A stretch of DNA of 64,000 nucleotides from Raillietiella orientalis (lineage: Eukaryota), in the NCBI GenBank assembly GCA_036172245.1, contig JAYWIR010000015.1, positions 3,038,001-3,102,000 on the forward strand. The letters are read 5' to 3'. Position numbers and translations under genes: made by a program. The notes under the pieces are model-generated. The model was not told where the DNA came from, made no database searches, and saw only the letters and a program-made list of their open reading frames with translations. Shown here one piece after another: positions 62,307 through 64,000 of the stretch (positions are counted from its first letter, which is position 1; every line of letters begins with the position of its first letter).

Positions 62307-63712
62307 CTGCAATGGCACAGACATGCAGTGGGACGCGCGCGACGCATTGGTCGGCTACGGAGGATCGCGAGACCGCGTAAGCGCTTCGGGAACGGTGAGC
62401 CACTACTAGAGGCAGGCCCCGGCGAAGAGGGGAAACGAAGGAAGGAAGGGGATTTTCGGCAAGTGGAAGACATTCGAGAGGAAAAGATGAAGGGCAACGA
62501 CGTTCCGCCCGAGCGACCCGATCGCAGGGGAAAGTTCGAAGCTCGCCACGAGGGATCACGCTGGGTGCTGGGATACCACGGTCAAATGCGTGCTTGGTGC
62601 GGCAGCGAGCACGAGGAGTCGCACGAGGGTGCAGAAGGGAGTGGGGGGAGACGAGAGGGGGAGAGCGACAGGTGTCTTTTAGTTCGTAGGTACCCGTTGA
62701 GAGGGAGGGGAGGGACGGAATGTCCATACATGCGCGCACCTTGCAGCGGGTTAGGGGGGGAGGGGGGGGGGGAAGGAAAGGGAAACGCGTGCAGCAACAA
62801 CCGCCGCCACGAAAGGACCCGATCCTTTTTACATGTACGGATGGAAGATGACGTCGCACTGCAATGCCAGGCGGGAGACGATACGTCGCACACGCCCGTC
62901 GCTGTCGGGATGCCGATCGGAGCCGCGCAACGTCTCCAGATGGTGTACGTACGCACGCGCAGCAATGGCTGGCCCAGAAGGCACTCCAGATTCTAATAGA
63001 CGAGCCCGGAAGACTTCACTGCATCAAGGATATCAACCCTTCATGATTCAATCTATCATAAACTAATCCTCAGAAGAGGGAGGGAAGGAAGAGAGCTGGG
63101 GGGAAAAAATAGGAAGGGTGAGGGAGAATACTTGCAGGATATCCGAACCCGAATGCGTAAAGGCCGTCCCCGGCGTCGCCTAAAAAGTGCAGCAGATATT
63201 ACTGCAGAAGGAGTACTTGAATTCGTTCAACTATCACGTCCAAGAGCCAACTCTTCCGCTCCCGTGACCTCGCTGAGGGAAGAGAGCGCACTATTTGCAG
63301 AGTATTTCTTCTTCGTCGTCATCATCGTCTCACTTTTGTCCTCATTTCATTTTTTCTAATTTTCACTTTTTCTTCTTCTTCTTCTTCAGAGAGAAAAAAA
63401 AAAAAAAAAACAACGGAAGCGCGCGCACTTGCCATAAATCAAAGGCTGTCCTACCGAGCGTATTCTCTAATAAAACCGAGCAGCGACACTCGTAAATTTC
63501 TCTTTCAAAACACACGGCTAATCAGTCGGAAGAATTTTCGGCTTCCGGTTCCCCCAAAACTCCCCCTACTACCAATACTCATGAAAGTCACCGCGTCTCC
63601 TACGGCCGATTGTCAGCGACATCATCAGCAGCAGCAGGCAAGAGGCGATTCTATTGAACCCATCAATAACCGGCCTAATCATTCGTATAATCTATCAAGC
63701 AAACGAAAAGAT

Positions 63713-63751
63713 ACACACACACACGCACGCACACACACATGTACACACACA
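63713..63751. repeat. Imperfect (CA)n microsatellite in SCAPER intron
   Basis: acacacacacacgcacgcacacacacatgtacacacaca read directly. Confidence 0.85.
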
Positions 63752-64000
63752 TCCTGGCGGCGGCAGCGGCCTGAACACCATTTGTTAGATTAGCTTGATC
63801 TTCTCCCGGAGCACATCTATCACCGCAAATGCCAATGAAAATTTCAAAAGCGCAGGGAGGCCTTGGGGTGCACTGAACAGCAGCAGCAGCAGCAATGATT
63901 TCCCCGGCAATCGAGAGGATTCGCCAGTCCTCCATGCAGGTTGGTACGTACACGAAGGGACAACTCCAAAGAGAGGGGGAGGGACGGAGGGAGCGAGGGA

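Noticed and set aside
63675..63953. 92-aa minus-strand ORF as a further SCAPER exon
   Set aside because: Built from CAG and CA microsatellites, with no SCAPER similarity and no suitable phase-2 donor.

Overview
This is GC-rich, intron-containing animal genomic DNA. The C-termini of both proteins look arthropod-like, but I cannot assign the species. Two genes are supported, both on the minus strand. (1) An Islet/tailup LIM-homeobox gene: five exons with GT-AG junctions in matching phases (44193-44005 LIM1, 42601-42303 LIM2, 41968-41574 homeodomain, 39980-39777 LIM-binding domain, 38293-38144 C-terminus), plus a candidate first coding exon at 47263-47217 under a CCAAT/GC-box promoter, giving about 427 aa. 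(2) The last three coding exons of SCAPER (62306-62172, 62120-61583, 61455-61372). This is the known ancient Islet-Scaper microsyntenic pair, here in tandem orientation. The ~38 kb downstream of Islet has no recognisable coding exon. It holds a composite inverted duplication (10009-10530 plus 12541-12789 mirrored at 13443-14142), a 62-bp tandem repeat, and several A/T-rich clusters of transcription-factor-like motifs that may be enhancers. The most unusual observations are the two-age composite inverted repeat, a 51-nt SCAPER intron with an A-rich acceptor, tandem donors that could read the last SCAPER exon in two frames, and several frame-preserving alternative splice sites in Islet. Almost all other ORFs in the track are GC-composition artefacts. 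I found no CRISPR array, RNA gene, transposase or prokaryote-type system. All comparisons to other species are from memory, not from database searches.
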